Positions 40,309 through 54,060 of a stretch of DNA of 64,000 nt are shown here, piece by piece. The DNA lies in contig MU054187.1 in the NCBI GenBank assembly GCA_013239625.1, forward strand, positions 1,745,757 through 1,809,756, given 5' to 3'. This stretch comes from Lama guanicoe. Its lineage: Eukaryota. Each line of letters opens with the position of its first letter. The stretch's first letter is position 1. Below the pieces are notes generated by a model. It had not been told where the DNA came from. It did not search any database and saw nothing but the letters and a program-made list of their open reading frames with translations. A program made the translations under genes and the position numbers.

Positions 40309-43300
40309 ACTTAACCCTTAACCTCCACCGAGCACTGCTATTGCTAACTTCTCCTCCTGCCTCGGTTCCTCGGGGAGATACTTAGAACACACACAGGCAA
40401 TTTAGATGGTATAGGTGCGTTGTGTACGTGCTGGATTGGAGTTTAACAAAGAATTCCTCCTAAGCTCTGCTTTCAGGACCTAGTGGACTGGAGTCTGGGC
40501 AGTGATGGGCGATGTTAGCTCTGGGATCTCAGCACGGCGTTGGGGACGGGCAGCCGAGGGAGTCTCAGTGTTGGGCAGACGGACGCTCAGGCTGAGAAAC
40601 TTCAGAAGAAGAGTCTTTGGAACATCTATGCCATCCTTCATTGCTTTTAGAAGTTCTCTTGCCTCTCTAAGGTCAGCCTCTGCCCCCTTACCTTCCATAA
40701 GAGCAGAATTTTGCAAATCATGAATTCAGGTCTCCCCCTAAACGTGGAGTCAGATGTGAGCTTGCCCACAGCATTTGCCCTGACAAGTGAGTATAAAGGT
40801 AATTTCAAGGCAAGCGTCCTCCAGCTTGGCTTTACCAGGATCATGCCCACGCAGGACAGCATGGTCTGCTATTTGTTCTCTCACTGGGCTCTTGAAGCCG
40901 CTTCAGAGAAGCTCATTGAGTAAAAGAAGGGACCGGAGGGAGGGAAGGAAAGCAAGAAGCCCTCCCCGTCCGAGACCTGCCCAAGGTCCCTGCAAAGCCC
41001 CCTGCGCCTCCCGAGGCCGGTCACCTCTGGAGACCCAGCTCTCCACCCGGAATGGCTCTTCCTTCATCCCGCCGTGTCTGCAAGCTCCCTGAAGGCAGGG
41101 TCTCTGATGGGCTCTAACCTGTGGCTCGGGCAGCCAAGCACCTGCAGAGCTAGGGCTGGGACAGCTGAACGCACCTGCCACCCTAGTCCATCAAAAACGC
41201 TTCTACGCTCAGCTCTAGAAGGCAAGAGTAGGGGAACCTGAGTTATCTCTGCATCTTTCTTTCTAAACAGATAACCCGAGAGACCTATGGGTTTGGGTAG
41301 CCGAAATAAACACACTAACAGCCGGCCACGGGGAACCACCAAATCCTGGTGGAGAGAGGATCAGGCTAGCATGCGGCGTGGACAGGAAGACTGCGCACAC
41401 TCACTCCCACATTAAGGAAAGGCCACAGAGCAGAGGCCAACGGGGCGACAGGGCTGGCCGTCACCGGGCACTGTTTGATCAGAGACCGCTTTCCAGGGTT
41501 AATTACTTTGGCTTTCTCTCTCTCTCTTTTTTTTCCTGCACAATAATTACTTTTTTTGTGGTTTCAGGAATTTATGAGTTTCTTTTTTATATTCAGAAAA
41601 TAGGATCCAACCGGGCAAGAATTTCTCACAAATTGTGACAGTTGTGTGGAAATGTGCGTCTTGAAGAGGGCTCCGTACAAAGTGACTTTCCTGGGTGCCA
41701 GAGAGAGCCTATTTCAACAACCACCACGTCCAAGGAGACCATTCTTGCGGGAAAACGATTTTTGAAACAGTCCGCATCGCTGACTCCTCCTAAAAGCCGG
41801 TCGCAGGCGCGCTGTCTCCTCCACGCTCACCGCCACATCAGCGGTGTGGCTCCTGCAGGGGGAACCTGTTGGCTCTTTGGGGGCTGAGATGAGCAGAGGG
41901 GTTCCTGTCCCCGACGGCGGGCGTGTCTGCTTCACAGAGCAACCCCTTCACCCGGGGCGCTCCCAAGAGGAGCTGAAGTACACACAGCAAGTCTGCTGTT
42001 TGAATTTTTGAAATGTGCTGTTTTAAGTCACTTTTCCGACCAGAAATGCATTTTAAAAAGAGAAGAACATCTTTTCTTCATTTGAGTCTCTGTTTGTCTT
42101 CAGCGATTAACAGGACGTGGAGAAGGTAAAGATTAGAGGCAGAATTCTGAGAAACTAAAAAGTATCTACCCGTGCAGACGGAAAGCCTCCATTTCACAAC
42201 CATTTCCTCAAGTAATTTAAGCGGCATTAATCGTCATCACACTGGCACTTTTATTCTTAGGGGAACAGCCTCAACAAACAAATAATAAAGCACCAAGAAA
42301 GAAGATAGCTCAGTATTTTTCAACTCACTGCATATTAGAACATCCCTTTAGAAAAGAGAAATTCACTCAGGCTTTTAAAAATGAGTTTGAAAAATCACCA
42401 AAGTTCCATATGAAAGGACCCTACAACATTCGTTTATGCAAGTAATTTCTGTGATTGAATTCCTGTGATTTTGGCCAGCTTGGCAGTTTCTTTATATTTT
42501 TTAGGCAACGTGTTTTTCTTTAAGAACCTTATTGGTTTAAAAATTGTTTTTGAGTGGTTTTTGGCCACCGACTCTTCCTGGCGTTCACTTGGCTCAGACT
42601 TGTCCAGAAGCTAATTCTGATTCTTCTGTCAAATGCTCGATGCCCCTGCGGTCCCTGCTGTCCCGGAGGCCTGGCACAGCGCAGGTGAGCAGCTGACCAC
42701 CCCAGGAACGGGCTGTGCTTAGACGGCGGGGGCAGGAGCCTGTGCTCGCTGAGTTTCAGGTTACAGTTTCACCCAGAGGCTCGTCCCCGAAAGGGAGGGG
42801 AAAATTTCTTCTCCAAATAAGCCTGGCTCTCTATTTCAGCTGGCTCCAGCCATCTAGGTAGGAAAACAATTTCTTTTAACAGCCCTCTGTGTAGCCCTGC
42901 GTTCCCAGCGCCGGCCGCCTGCAGGAGGCTCTCACACTCCCCCTGAGGGTCATGGTTACTTGGAAGCATGACGGCCCCCTCCTCAACCAGCAAGGACAAA
43001 GGATCTTTGGTTTTATTTCCATCAAGGTGTCATCAACACGATGTCACCTTCTCAATGTTAGTCGGGAAGGAGAGGTTATTAGAGAAAAGTGATGAATTTC
43101 ATGAGCTCCCGAGAGTGAGGGGTCTTCATACACTTCACAGAACGGATTTCTGGATTTCAGTTGGGGCCTTGAGTTCTCAAGACCCCCCCACGAGTCATCT
43201 CTTATTGACTGAACATACCTGGTTTTACAACGCATCCTTCGAGAAGGCTACAGCAACACGGACCAGCTTACAGGATACAGTAGCAACGTGCACAATAATG

Positions 43301-43724
43301 ACATTTCATGGATTTTGCCAACATTTTACACACTGCTGTTGACTTGGACGTGTCCTACCATCTTAGATTCACAGACAGTGAATGGCTTCTGTTGTTCAGA
43401 TTGATTCCAATGACAACCCTCTGTCCTCTTGTGCCAATGTCCCCAACACAGAAAGAGGTCTGGGCTCTATTGACGTTCCCAGCCAGCCTCCATCACCACC
43501 TCTCCCCCAGCCTGGGTGCACACACAGCCTGCAGCACAGCCACTCTCCCCCTCTCCCCAAATCCACCACACTCATCCCTGTCTGCCTTTTTCTGAGTCTC
43601 TTCCCAAGATAAGGGGGGTGGGGGGCGTGTGGTGGGGGTGGCACGCATGGCTAGGATCATGAAAGGCAGTTTACTCTCCCAGTTCAGTCTCTGGCCCACC
43701 CTCCGGGCTCTTGGACCAGCCTAC

Positions 43725-43933
43725 CTTGGCATGCAGACCCTGTGGTTTGCTGGAGAGGATGTCTGCGGCCTCCCTGCAGCGGGTGGAGAGGTTCAGGATG
43801 GCAGCTGCTGCCACGTGGGTGTCTTCCCCGCGCTGACCGTAGCTATATGAGCTGGCACGCCGTGGACTCTGTGTGTGGGCGCCTGCACTAGGCAGTCGAT
43901 TAGGAAATTTCCCTGCATTGGAAAAATGCTTCA
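43725..43933 (-). CDS. ST18: ST18 exon G (209 bp): KHFSNAGKFPNRL...AAAAILNLSTRCRE...LHAK
   Basis: Acceptor cttcaacag, donor GTAGGC. Phase 1-0. Confidence 0.95.
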
Positions 43934-46138
43934 CTGTTGAAGAGAGATTTGATTAGCAATTGCATGGACATGGATGTAGTCATTAAACAGATTTGTTTTA
44001 AAGATATAACTTCTTGCATTAAAATATGTGAAGAATAAATTAAAACCCGCTCCATTATCCATGAGTATGTTAAATGAAGGTTATTCAGACTGGTTTTCAC
44101 AGAAGGTCATAGATCAAATGATGTGATTGCTGGGAAAGAATGCCTATTCTCTTAATATTTTTTTGTATTTACACTTCTTATGACAAAACCTCCGTAACTA
44201 ATGTTACCAGACAGGTGCACTGGCAGTATTGGTGGCAAAAACTGTAGATTACAAAAACACGCTGGCAAAACCGATCAGGGGCCAGAGAGGCTTGAGGCTC
44301 GTACATCTGCAAACGGTGTGCGAGGACCAGCAGTTCCAGCAGAAAAGCATCCTTTCCATATTTTCACAGTAGCAATTTATACTTAGACATGGAATGGCAT
44401 TTTTGCTATTTGGTACACAAGTTTGTTTTGTGCTTAAATCCCTGGGTGTTGTTCTTCACCCAATTCGATGGAACTAAGTAGCTGGGAGCATCTTTAGCAA
44501 GCTGGCATTTTCATGCTCAGGTACAGGGCGGAGCACGTGTTCTCAAGGTGAACCCAAAGTCACCTGAGCTGTCAAGGCTGAGTCCTGCTTTACGTGCCTG
44601 TTGTGGGTGCCAAGGCATTGCTGAGAGAGGGAATTAAACGTGCATTCTTCACTCCGGGTGTTTGTAAACATCACTCAGGGCCCAGGAGACACACCCAAGA
44701 TTTAATGTGGGCTAACAGAAAAGCGTTTAGCTATTCGACTGTAAATAGCATTTAGTTTAAATATTTAATCATTCTTTTTCTTAAAACAGTTTAAAACATT
44801 ACCAGATGTTATTCCTGTAGTTGAAAAAATATGAAAATGTCACTGAACGTTTTCCACTTTTAAATCAATATCCACGTTCCGTGAGCGTGCAGAATATTCG
44901 TGTTAACTAGCTTCACCTGAATTAAACCAAAAGGAATGTGTGTTTATCTTGTGTATACACAATAAAACCGTATGTGTGTGTATATACAGGTACACATCTG
45001 TATTTGTGCAGATAGATACAAAATATTGTGTGCAGACATTTTTTCTTCTTGAATCTAACAGGTTGTCAGAGGCTATTCATGTCGGCTAGCCCCTATTTTT
45101 AGCAAGAAGAGGTGAAACATCTTTTGGAGTATAATGTGCTTCTGGTTGACGGACACGCTCCTTTCAAGTCTGCTTCTCCACCGTGAGGTTTCATATGACA
45201 TTCCAGTTCTTTGAAAAAGGTGATTCTCATCACAGAAGGAGGCACGTACCCGGTGTTCCTAAGGGCACTGAGTCTAGGTAACCACACCTGAGAACAAAGA
45301 CGTTCCACGGGTTCGTACAACGTGGTAAAAAATTCACAATCTAAGGAGGATTCAAACTGGGAGATCCTTTTGCTTCTTCCCTCCAGTTAAGTCACGATAA
45401 CGCAGCATCGTGTCTGGGTTTGTTCCCAGCACTCACTTTCTCACCTTTCCGTTAGAATATTCATGGACTGAACAGCCGAGGAAAGGTGTCAGTGAAAACG
45501 CCAGGGTTCATAGGCTACGGCGTCTGCATCACAGCCGTCTGTGCGGACGCGCTAGCTCTGAGGGCGCCACGTTGTGAACGTCTCCGTATTGATCCTTAAA
45601 CTCGGGCTGACAGCCTCCACAGCCACGCACGTTCTTCTTTCCCAGTAAAATCTTGATTCTTGATTGTGAGTTTCTTTTCAGACTTTCCCTTTTTCTAACA
45701 CCTTCAGTCTGAACTCTTTGGCAGAGGTAAGTAATATTTTAAGCAGTATTCTAATATTTCATTGATTAAATTTCTGTAATTTGAACATGAATCCAAATCA
45801 CTGTATTATAGTAGCAATTGCAGTTTTCAGTGTATTAATCCCAATTCTGGCTAAATGGGAATTAAATATTTCTTTGGAATTACCGTACTTAAATTCAACA
45901 AGGGCACCATATTTGTAGAATAATTAATCCATTAACTCTTCACCATGTTCGGGGTAACTTCAGGTAAAATCAGTAATGCTGATTAACTCATTACAGTTAC
46001 TCCTATTTTATTTCACTGTGCGACACGCTCCCTCCTCTCAGTGAGGGGTACACACACACACAGAGAAGTACGCGCCTCCCCCAACACACACACACAGGAC
46101 GCGTTTTCGGGGAATACGTGTTAGCCCTCGAAGCTTAC

Positions 46139-46332
46139 ATTCGGGAAACGGTGGTGTTTTTCGTCCTTGACCTGTTTGTACCAGGGGCCGTTTACCAAAA
46201 ACCTGGGCATCGAAACTGGCATAATCGAAAGGTACTTTTCCAAACTTCTCTTGCTCTTTTGACCCGGTGGCTCTGGGAGAGGCGATGGCTTGTGACCGGA
46301 AATTGAATTCGATTTGCTTGACCAAGCTTATC
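46139..46332 (-). CDS. ST18: ST18 exon F (194 bp): ISLVKQIEFNF...FDYASFDAQVFGKRP...PFPE
   Basis: Acceptor ctctccag, donor GTAAGC. Phase 2-1. Confidence 0.95.
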
Positions 46333-46379
46333 CTGGAGAGGGAGGGGCAGAGTCGAAAAGACACAGGATGAACTGTTGG

Positions 46380-46800
46380 TGAGCGAACCGGCAGCAGCAG
46401 CCGAAGCAGGTGGGACGGTCGCGCCCGGCGGTGCCACAGAGGCGCGCGCGCTCGCGTGGGAAGGAGCTGTGGTCACTGCGCGGCGGGGTGGAGGGAGGGG
46501 CGGGGGCACGCGGGGGCCGCGAGGCGTGCGTCTGAGCGTCCTGTCAGCGGAGGAGGACGCGCGGGCCTCCGAGCGTCCCACGCGGGGGCCGCAGGGAGCG
46601 GGCGCTCAGCGCCGTTAGCTCCCCGAGCGCCCTGCAGGAACGTGTCACGGACTGTCTTCAGGGCGCCGATAAGGGGTGCACGCTCTGCTGGCTGGGACTG
46701 TGGATCCGAGCAGCGGGGCGAGGCCACGGGGGTAACGAACGGGGGGAATGTCATTATGCTCTGTTCAGCAGAGCTGGCGGGGCCCTGACGGCACCAGGAG
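46380..46800. promoter_or_regulatory. Intronic CpG-island-like region just upstream of the exon F acceptor
   Basis: Dense CpG/CGCG runs against AT-rich flanks. Confidence 0.45.
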
Positions 46801-47201
46801 CTCGATTTCAGAATGTGAATTTCTTCCCAGGCTTTTCACCTTTTCCCCCACCTCCAGAGTGCATTTTTTTTTTAATGCTTTAAGTCCTATTTTAAACAGC
46901 ATTTCAATATTTTACCTATTAAATTGCCAGAGTTTTGATTAATATATCTCATCGCATCTTTTGTATCTTTCATGTTCACCTACATGATGTTACCTCTGCA
47001 TTGCAGGTGAGTTTTAAGGTAAACTTCCGGAGGGTCTAGTAGTTCACTGACAGCACGATGAAGGGGTCCAGTCTCCCCAGTGGACATTGGCGGCTGTGCA
47101 TTGGGACAAGGGAGCCCATGGCGAGTGGCATGTGGTGGGTGAGGGACCCTCTGCGTAGGAACGCTGCCTGCAGGAATTGGACACGCCCTGGGACACCCTA
47201 C

Positions 47202-47306
47202 CTGTGAGTCTGCTCAGGACACTGCCCAGTTTGCGGAGAATCTAGCTGACTCTTGTCCTGGGACATCGCCAATTTTTCAGCTGCAGCAATTGGACAACCA
47301 GAAAGA
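47202..47306 (-). CDS. ST18: ST18 exon E (105 bp): LSGCPIAAAEKLAMSQDKSQLDSPQTGQCPEQTH
   Basis: Acceptor aaaacag, donor GTAGGG. Phase 2-2. Confidence 0.95.
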
Positions 47307-48268
47307 CTGTTTTTAAAAAAAAGTGGGAGAATTTGAGTTACAAAGAGAACGTAATTTGCTTTGGCACATACCTCACGGCATACTTGGCACTCACCAAATG
47401 TTAAGTCGTATTAATAGTTCACTTAGCACCATTCTCGTATGAAAAGATCCCAAAGGGTTTTGCAAACTACTGCGTCAACATTTGTCCCACAAACTCGTCT
47501 CAGAGGTGATAAATAAAAAACTAATTTAAAATCAAAATATGACTAAATTACTTGGAAACTATACTAATTTAAGTAGAATACGTTCATCCGACTGCAGTTG
47601 TCCAACTTTAGATGTAGCGCAATAATTCCACGAGATCTTAGGATCTTTTGCAAAATGTTAGGGACATAATTTTACATCTTAGTTTAAGTGGAGAGTACAG
47701 ACTATGAGGTTTTCAGGTAATATGTTTATGAGTGAGCTTGAGTCTCTCATGACCACATAATCTATACATAACACACATACAGCAATACGCATGTTCGCGG
47801 AAATATTTACATGTACACAATACATTTATGTATAAATGCACATATGTGCTCTAAGTTAGTTGCCATCTCAGTGAAATGAATCCCGGCGAAATGGGATGGT
47901 GTTTACCTTCAGCAACTGGGAGGCGCTTTGGTTCCTTTCTAATGCTCATTGGATGAGATTCAAGATAACCCCTAAGCAACTCTTTTCACGCCAAACAGCC
48001 CTGGGGAGGTTCAGAGCCGAGAACAAGCTCTCTGTGTATCGCTATATGAGCATCTACCCCAGTCTTCAAATATATCGTTCCTTGTTGGCATACTTGGCTG
48101 CTAGGTGAAGACTTCTACGGAAGTAAATAACAAGGTTTTTTTCCCACTCTGCGCACACTGAGACTACTTCTTATCTGTGTCAGGCGCTACCGTATTTGAC
48201 AGCGATCCAGCAACTGATAACACATGGTGAGTTCCGTGTCTCCGAGGTGGACGCGTCTCAGCCCATTA

Positions 48269-48433
<165 letters not shown>

Positions 48434-49812
48434 TCACTCGGCGTTCCAATGAATTTGGCACACAATCCACCGTGCCCCCGCCCCACAGGTACTCGGGTGG
48501 AAATTAACAAACACTTGAGAAGTTCAGAAATTAAATTCAGCAAGCTCGTTTCAGTTTTAATTTCTCTAAACCTCATGGATGGTTAACGCTGGACTTAAAC
48601 GAGACTTTTTCTGCTTTTATTTAACTTAAACCGAAAAGCTCCCAACCTTCCTTGTGTATTGACTTCCTTCTCCCTGGGGGTGGACAGAGGGCACTATTTG
48701 TCAAACAGCTCTGTCTGTTCCCCACCGCGTGCAGTCTGCATGGAGTCTCCTACATCTCCTAGGAGATTTTATTTTGATTCTTTGACCACAACCCCCAAGT
48801 CACCACCCCGCTGCCTTCGGCTGTACGTGAAAGAGCTGGGTGGACACTCAGGTAATCCCTTTGATCTGGGCGGTTCAGAAAGGACTGGATTCAGTGATTT
48901 GCAGAACCGTGCTTTTGAGAAGGGTGACACTGAGACACCCCTCTCCCTGTGGCTGGTGTGACCCGATAGGACTTTAAATAACTGGGTTCAGTAAGTAGAG
49001 GATGTGACGTGCGGATATTTCAAAATGCAGGAGCAGCCCCGCCGTCTCTTTTTCCTCCAGTCTCTCAGCTCCCAGCAGGGCTGCCATGAAGAGACCAACC
49101 CAGACTGGTCCTTGCTCAGGGCCCTCGGGCGACATCACAGACACCACGTGTCCCTGTGCGCAGAGGGGAGGCAGGAGGACGGTGGGGACGTGACTCACGT
49201 CCTGTGTCAGAAGAGGCACTGAGGCCTCGGATGAGACAGGACCTGCTATCTCCTGGATTCTAATGCTTTGATATCGGGCCTCCTGGAGACACCCCCCCCC
49301 CAAGGGCTTGCTCATTCCTAGAGGTAGTGAATGCTTTGCAAATGCAAACCTTCCAGTTCAGAGCCCATACCTGCCTGCCTCCTCTGCAGGGTGTCACCCT
49401 TCAGGACACTCTCCAGCTGCCCTAACCCCTGGGGCCAGGTCCCAGCCAGCCACAGACAGCCCCACGCCCCAGGGCCCCCTGAAGGACCTCCCACTAGCCA
49501 GTCCGGGGCCTGTTACTCTGTTCCTTTCCAGGGAACCACAGCGAAGGCTCTTGCCCCCAGTGCTCCCCTCCCGGCCTGAGGTGCCTCCCTTTCTTGGGGC
49601 CCGTGAGTAAGTAGCAAATGATCATCTCAATGTCAGCTGTCTCCTGATCTACCAGCCTGACTGTACTCCAAGTCTTCTATTAACACAGCATGTTTTAAAA
49701 ACCCGGCTCAACAGAAATGGTCTTGACACACAGAGCAAACACTCTGGACGTCCATGGGTCACACCGTGGATGTACAAGCAGCCCCCTCCTCTCAGGGGCG
49801 GGCGGTACTCAC

Positions 49813-49947
49813 TCTCCAGGGGAACCCGCACTTTGTGGGGGCACCCCGAAAGGCTGCGGTGGTGGGGGTACAGCCCCGTCACGTGCCCCGTGCCGTCGCA
49901 CCCGGGGATGGGGCACCTGGTCTCCCTCTTTTCAGGCCTCGGTGAAT
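49813..49947 (-). CDS. ST18: ST18 exon C (135 bp), zinc finger 1: [25 protein letters not shown]
   Basis: Acceptor cctccgtag, donor GTGAGT. Phase 1-1. Confidence 0.96.
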
Positions 49948-50509
49948 CTACGGAGGAATTAAATTACAAGAATCATCTGGTCACTGCGCTTTCCCTCCCA
50001 CCCCGCGGAGTGGCCCTGCAGGCGATCTCCTCGCTCTGCTCAGCTTTCTCATCATAAACATTCTCCCCATGTTGCCTTGAACAAGACCCTCAATGAAGGC
50101 CTGTGGAAGCATAGAAACTGTGTTGCATCCTCTTGGTCTCCTCAGCCAAGCTGACACAGGGCGGGGTGGGGGGGGGGACACAGAGAGGGTTCAAGTTGTC
50201 GTGTCACAAAGTGTAGTCAGAGCCTCGTGATGAAAAGTCAGCCCTGTACCAGAGGACGAGTAGGGTCCGGAAAAGAAAAAACACAGTGAAAAAGAAACAA
50301 TTTGTTTAAACCAAAACTATCTCCTAGAGGAAGAATCTGGAAAAAGCCAGATTCACAATTGCACAGTGAAGAAGCCACTGTATTTGAGGGGGGCCAGCTG
50401 GCCTGTCCAGGGGTCCTGGCTGCAGGGGGTCCTGGTTCTGGGTTCAAGTGGCTGCTCCTGGTCATGTGGGGACAAGACTTAGGACGCGAGTCAAGAATGC
50501 CACCTCTCA

Positions 50510-51340
50510 GTGCAAATCACAACTACCATGGGGTGTCACCTCACACCAGCCAGAATGGCCATTATCAAAAAGTCCCTGAACAATAAATGCTGGAGAGGGT
50601 GTGGAAAAGAGGTACCCTCCTAGACTACTGGTGGGAATGCAGTTTGGTGCAGCTGCTATAGAAAACAATATGGAGATTCCTCAAAAGACTAAAAATAGAC
50701 CTAACCTATGATCCAGCAATCCCCCTCCTGGGCACATATCTGGAGGGAACTCTAATTCAAAAAGACACGCACCCCAATGTTCATAGCAGCACTATTTACA
50801 ACAGCCAAGACATGGAAGCAACCTAAGTGTCCATCAAAGGATGACTGGATAAAGACGCTGTGGTGTATTTATACAACCTACTACTACTGAGCCATAAAAC
50901 AGAATGAAATAATGCCATCTGCAGCAACATGGATGGACCCAGAGATTGTCAAAGTGAAGTAAGTCAGAAAGAGAAAGAAAAATGCCATATGATGTCATGC
51001 AAATGTGTAATCTAAAAAAGGAAAAAGATGCAAATGAACTTGTTTACGAAACAGAAACAGACTCACAGACATAGAGAACAAGCTTATGGTTACCAGGGGA
51101 GAAGGGGGTGGTGAGGGATAAATTAGGAGTCCGAGATTTGCAGATACTGACTACTCTATATAAAACAGATACACAACAAGCTTCTTCTGTACAGCACAGG
51201 GAACGATATTCAGTATCTTGTAGCCCATAGTGAGAAAGAATATGAACAGGAATATATGCATGTACATGTGTGACTGAAACATGACGCTGTGACCAGAAGC
51301 GGACACACTGTAACTGACTACACCTCAATAAAGAAAAAAA
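50510..51340 (+). mobile_element. 5'-truncated LINE-1 (ORF2 3' part, 3' UTR, A-tail)
   Basis: cacctcacaccagccagaatggccattatcaaaaag...tatgatccagcaatccc...gttcatagcagcactatttacaa...caataaagaaaaaaa. Confidence 0.92.
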
Positions 51341-51879
51341 GGGAATGCCATCTCTCGCCAGGCCCGACCAGTGCGCAGCGGTGCAGAGGCCCGAGGCGCC
51401 GAGACCCCAGTGGCTTCCTGCTTTGGCTCAGTCCGCAGTAACGACGGAGAAGCTACCGATTTCACTCTGGAAGCAGAAACTGAAGGCAGAGGCAGAGGCT
51501 TGGCGGGGACACATCCTGGCGGGGACTCCCAGGGACTGGAAGGACACGGACTGGAGGCCGTCTTGAGGGGGCGGGAGGGCGCTGCGTCCCCGGGGCAGTC
51601 CCGCGGAGGAAAGGGACACCTTGTCACACATTCTGCCAGGCTGCCCGAGACGGCAGTCTAGAGGGGGAAGACTGACACAAGCCCGCGTTTTAATTGCTGG
51701 CACACACATCGCGGAGGGTTAGATAAATGTTACAGAAATATGCAAAATAAGTGAAGATGAGCATACTTCACACTGGTGACTGAGCTGGTAGGTAAAACTG
51801 AAATGCAGTCTTAGAGCCAAAACTGCCCCCCCGAACTCGTGCATCAAACGCCAACGCCAGTCACTGGGGCCAGCCTGTC

Positions 51880-52275
51880 CCTCCCTCCCGGGGCGTCCAG
51901 CGGACCAGGGCCTCCGAGGAAGGACCGGCGTGGGGCGGAGGAGGCCGCCGGCAGCCCAGGACGCGCAGCATCAGGCACCAGGACGCCGAGAGCGAACGTC
52001 GCTCATCCGCACACGCCCGCGGCAAGAGGGCCGCGAGGCTGCCCGGCCCGCGAGCTCCGGCTCCGCGCGGGGCACCGGGAGCCGGGCGTCGCCGCCGGGC
52101 GTGACAGGCGTCTCCGGGGCAGAAAGCTGCAAGGAGCAGGCGCGGCGCCGCGCCGCCCGGGGCCGGAAGTAACGCGATTACGAGGGGCGTGGCTTCGGAA
52201 GGGGGCGGAGCCAAGGGCCCCTCACGTGCCCTGCAGGGCGGGCGGGGTCGGCAGGGAGACTCCGGGTCGTGCGAG
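51880..52275. promoter_or_regulatory. Intronic CpG island with ETS, Sp/KLF and E-box motifs (candidate promoter)
   Basis: CCGGAAGT at 52163-52170, GGGGCGTGGC at 52184-52193, GGGGCGGAGC at 52202-52211, TCACGTG at 52222-52228, GGGCGGGCGGGG at 52236-52247. Confidence 0.5.
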
Positions 52276-53752
52276 TGGGAGCAGCTGGCATGTGTGTTTC
52301 CTGAGAGGCAGGATTTCATGCCGCCACGTGCAGACTACACTGTTTTCTGTAAGAGACAAGGGGATGTGTTAGGAGTTTTGACGTGTGATTTTGCAGGGAG
52401 TATTTTTTTACCTAATCCAAAACTGTTGCCAAACGTCAGGTTCATTGAGGCGCGTAACATCGCTAGAACGCTAGTCAGAATCCTGGCTGTTTGATGCACA
52501 TGAAATGGGGGGGGGGTGACGCCCCGTGAGAGTGAACTAGAGAGGTGGAGAAGCGACATCTGTTTCCAGGGCCTTCCGGCCTCGGATCTCGTCCAGGTGA
52601 GACCGCAGCGCTACACCGCGCTGGAAGGCTGGCGTCGAGTGTTTCCCTCCTGGCCCCACTTTGTCTGCGGAGAGCCAGAGAGGGTGTGGGAGATAAGGCA
52701 GGCTGGCCCCTGACCAGGTGTGAGCCATTGACAGTCCGTGCTGCACTGAGTCGACAAGCCCCTCCCCAGCCAAGGAACAAAGATGCCCACGCGATGCTCT
52801 CCGGGGCCGTCCCCGTGCCTGACGCGAGCTGGCGCTGGGGCTCTGCGCGGCTCTCAGGCCTGGCTCTCCTTTTATTTTCTTTGTTGGATGCTGCCTCGTG
52901 AAGGTGACTTTAAACTCTGGTGGCCTCACGTCCCGCTTTGCCTGGGGCTGTCCTAGTCACACCCGATGGACTTGTGGCATTGTTCACATCGCTCCCCTTC
53001 CCCCGAAAGTATCTAGGCTGTGCAATAAATCACATGGCGATGCTACTTACACTGCGGCCCAAAGTCTCCTTAAGTGCTTGGTGGCAACAGCACAGCCAGA
53101 ATTTGTCACAGTAGCACTGCTTGGGTGAAACAGTGTTTCAAAACCCCAGTGTTCTTTCCCTAACAGTGAAGTCCTGTGCCCAAGGTGCCTGGAAATTCAA
53201 ACAGCATGGCCATCGTCCGGTATGAGTGCTTAGGAACATGGAATACGCACCGGAGGGAAAAATCTCCTCTAATGCCCTGGCTCCCACACCTGGGACAGGG
53301 AGCAGGGAGCAGACACTTGACTAGAGCCTCTTCTGGGTGAAGCCCAGAGTCCCCTGCAGCTGGCTTCACTTTTTTGCCTGCTTCCTCCTGGTCAGCTGTG
53401 GTCTAGACCTCCCTGCATGGACTGTAAGCCCCCAAGGCAGGACCTCGCCTCCCCAGTGGGATACGCTGTTGACGCATCCAGCCTCATTAGCGGCTCTCAG
53501 TCTCCAGCATGACCTGTGTTCACAAACACACTTTCTATTGTCTTGTTAATTTTTGTAGAGGAAAAAAATTAAGTTTTAAAAGTTCTATGAAAATGACCGA
53601 AGTATCTTCCAGTGTTTTAAGGTATGGCACAAGTAATTAAAGGTTCTCCAAAGACTGGATTTCATTGGCTGGAAGATACAGTCAGTTGTAAGACGAAGCC
53701 TCATTGTGTGTGCTAGTAAGGACCGAAGAACGACTGAAAATTAAATAATGCC

Positions 53753-53934
53753 GGGGGTGGGTCTCACTCAGTGGTAGAGTGTGTGCTTAGCATGCACGAG
53801 GTGCTGGGTTCAATCCCCAGTCCCTCCCTTAACAAATAGATAAATAAAGCTGATTAGCTCCCCTCCAAAAAAACCCACACAAAACAAAACTACAAAAAAG
53901 GTTAAAAAAAAAAAGCCTAAAATAAACAAACAAA
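53753..53934 (+). mobile_element. tRNA-Ala-derived SINE (Vic-1-like)
   Basis: A/B-box head (ctcagtggtagag...gggttcaatcccc) and A-rich tail. Possible TSD taaataatg at 53742-53750 and 53935-53943. Confidence 0.85.
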
Positions 53935-54060
53935 TAAATAATGGCAGACCCTTCTAATTAAACAGAGATGTTAGCATGGGAACACTGTGTGTCTTAGAAT
54001 GAATGAAACATAGTATATCGGAAATTACAGGGTTTGGAAATTTGAAAAAAAGTTCATCTT

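Noticed and set aside
53570..53585. TAAGTTTtaAAAGTTC, resembling a tandem MYT1-family AAAGTT site (autoregulation)
   Set aside because: Both halves are imperfect and the context is very AT-rich, so it is expected by chance.
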